DNA of 64,000 nt from an uncultured Oscillospiraceae bacterium (GTDB taxonomy: Bacteria; Bacillota; Clostridia; Oscillospirales; Oscillospiraceae). The notes below the pieces were generated by a model. That model was not told where the DNA came from and ran no database searches. It saw only the letters and a list, made by a program, of their open reading frames with translations. Position 1 is the stretch's first letter. Every line of letters starts with the position of its first letter. The stretch is taken from positions 3,938 through 67,937 of the forward strand of contig CAYVWG010000001.1 in NCBI GenBank assembly GCA_964455425.1. The letters run 5' to 3'. Shown in pieces: positions 62,821 through 64,000 of this stretch. A program made the position numbers and the translations under genes.

Positions 62821-64000
62821 TTACAGTGCAATAGCAATAGCCTCCCGAATATTCCTCACCCGGAGTAGTTTCATTCCCTCCGGTGGCCGCAGCCGATCGG
62901 TCCCCCGCCGTGGAATGATACACTGGTGAAAGCCCAGACGGCGAATCTCGTGAAGCCGCTGCTCCAGATTGGCCACACTGCGGATCTCCCCTGTCAGCCC
63001 CACCTCGCCAATGGCCACCATATCCGCTGATATGGACGTATCCCGATAGCTAGAGGCCACCGACAGCACCACCGGCAAATCGGAACCAGGCTCGTCAATA
63101 TTCAGTCCTCCAATCACATTGATGTACACATCGCAGGTACCCAGCTTCATGCCGCCATGTTTTTCCAGCACGGCCACCAGCAGTGCCGCCCGATTGTAGT
63201 CAAAGCCGTCCGTCGTGCGGCGGGGTACCTGAAACGCGCTGCGGGTCACCAAGGCCTGTACCTCTGTTAATATGGGCCGGGTGCCTTCCATAGCGCAGGC
63301 TACGCAGGTGCCCGGCGCGTCTTTCGGCCTTCCGGAAAGCAGCAGCTCCGAGGGATTGGCAATTTCCCGCAGCCCGTGATCCTCCATGGCAAACACACCG
63401 ATCTCATTGGTGGAGCCAAAACGGTTCTTTACCGCCCGCAAAAGGCGGTTGGCGCCATTGCGCTCACCTTCAAAGTACAGCACACAGTCCACCATATGCT
63501 CCAAAACCTTCGGCCCGGCAATAGCGCCGTCTTTGTTGATATGGCCCACCACAAACACCGTAATGCCCTGGCTTTTTGACAGCTGAAGCAAGGCCATCGT
63601 GCAATCCTTCACCTGGGAAATGCTGCCCGGCGAGGAGGTATTTCCCCCAGCGTACAGGGTCTGGATGGAGTCGGCAATCAAGATATCCGGCTGCAGCGCG
63701 TTGGCCGTCCGGAGGATCTCATCCATTTCCGTTTGGGCGTAGAGCAGCAAATTGTCTGTGTCGATCCGCAAGCGATCGGCTCGCATTTTTAGCTGGCTTT
63801 CGCTTTCCTCTCCAGACACATACAGCGTCTTTCTGCTTTTACACAGTTCGGCGCAGATTTGCAGCAGCAACGTGGATTTGCCGATTCCCGGCGCGCCGCC
63901 GACCAAAATCAGCGATCCCTGCACCGCGCCGCCGCCCAGCACTCGATCCAGTTCCCCCATGCCGGTGCCAAAGCGGTGCTCCGCGTCGCAGGCCACTTCC
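62821..64000 (-). CDS. radA: DNA repair protein RadA/Sms, N-terminus beyond the window edge
   Basis: Walker A GGAPGIGKSTLLLQ, the KNRFG motif, and a C-terminal Lon-protease-like domain. The ORF stays open to nt 64000. Confidence 0.95.
   Translation of the reverse strand, partial: EVACDAEHRFGTGMGELDRVLGGGAVQGSLILVGGAPGIGKSTLLLQICAELCKSRKTLYVSGEESESQLKMRADRLRIDTDNLLLYAQTEMDEILRTANALQPDILIADSIQTLYAGGNTSSPGSISQVKDCTMALLQLSKSQGITVFVVGHINKDGAIAGPKVLEHMVDCVLYFEGERNGANRLLRAVKNRFGSTNEIGVFAMEDHGLREIANPSELLLSGRPKDAPGTCVACAMEGTRPILTEVQALVTRSAFQVPRRTTDGFDYNRAALLVAVLEKHGGMKLGTCDVYINVIGGLNIDEPGSDLPVVLSVASSYRDTSISADMVAIGEVGLTGEIRSVANLEQRLHEIRRLGFHQCIIPRRGTDRLRPPEGMKLLRVRNIREAIAIAL

Overview
The window reads as a chromosomal segment from a high-GC, spore-forming Firmicute. 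A Clostridia or Oscillospiraceae-like origin is inference only, based on an alpha/beta-type SASP, a DapL-type lysine pathway, an SLH-anchored wall protein and GGAGG-type ribosome-binding sites. Most of it is housekeeping: uvrA, tRNA-Ser, gpsA, lgt, an M16 peptidase pair, prmA, dapL, ftsK, uppP, tepA-like, rnc, plsX, trmFO, topA, a TrmH-family methyltransferase, a Na/Pi transporter, a ParB/Noc-like protein, dapA, dapB, a CarD-family regulator and radA.

Accessory or unusual blocks sit between these genes:
- An ssnA-ygfK pair (markers of selenium-dependent purine-type catabolism) behind a consensus promoter and a structured leader of about 140 nt.
- A four-gene, translationally coupled cassette on the minus strand at 20834-23820: membrane-anchored protein, HprK-like P-loop protein, radical SAM/SPASM enzyme and stand-alone PqqD/RRE. 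It has no visible precursor peptide and is my best candidate for an undescribed modification system.
- A polysaccharide locus of about 9.6 kb at 28620-38206, with Wzy, Wzx, a pyruvyl transferase and an FrhB-like Fe-S protein.
- An extracytoplasmic flavinylation and electron-transfer cluster at 38318-43477, next to an SLH protein gene with an unusual leader.
- A membrane pseudokinase with FN3-like repeats, divergently paired with a zinc-ribbon/Big_2 protein.
- A VanY-like pseudogene carrying two frameshifts.

I saw no CRISPR array, transposase, integrase or rRNA gene. Family assignments come from reading the translated ORFs against remembered family signatures; no search was run. Coordinates of features outside the ORF track (promoters, hairpins, tRNA) were hand-counted from ORF anchors and may be off by 1-2 nt.
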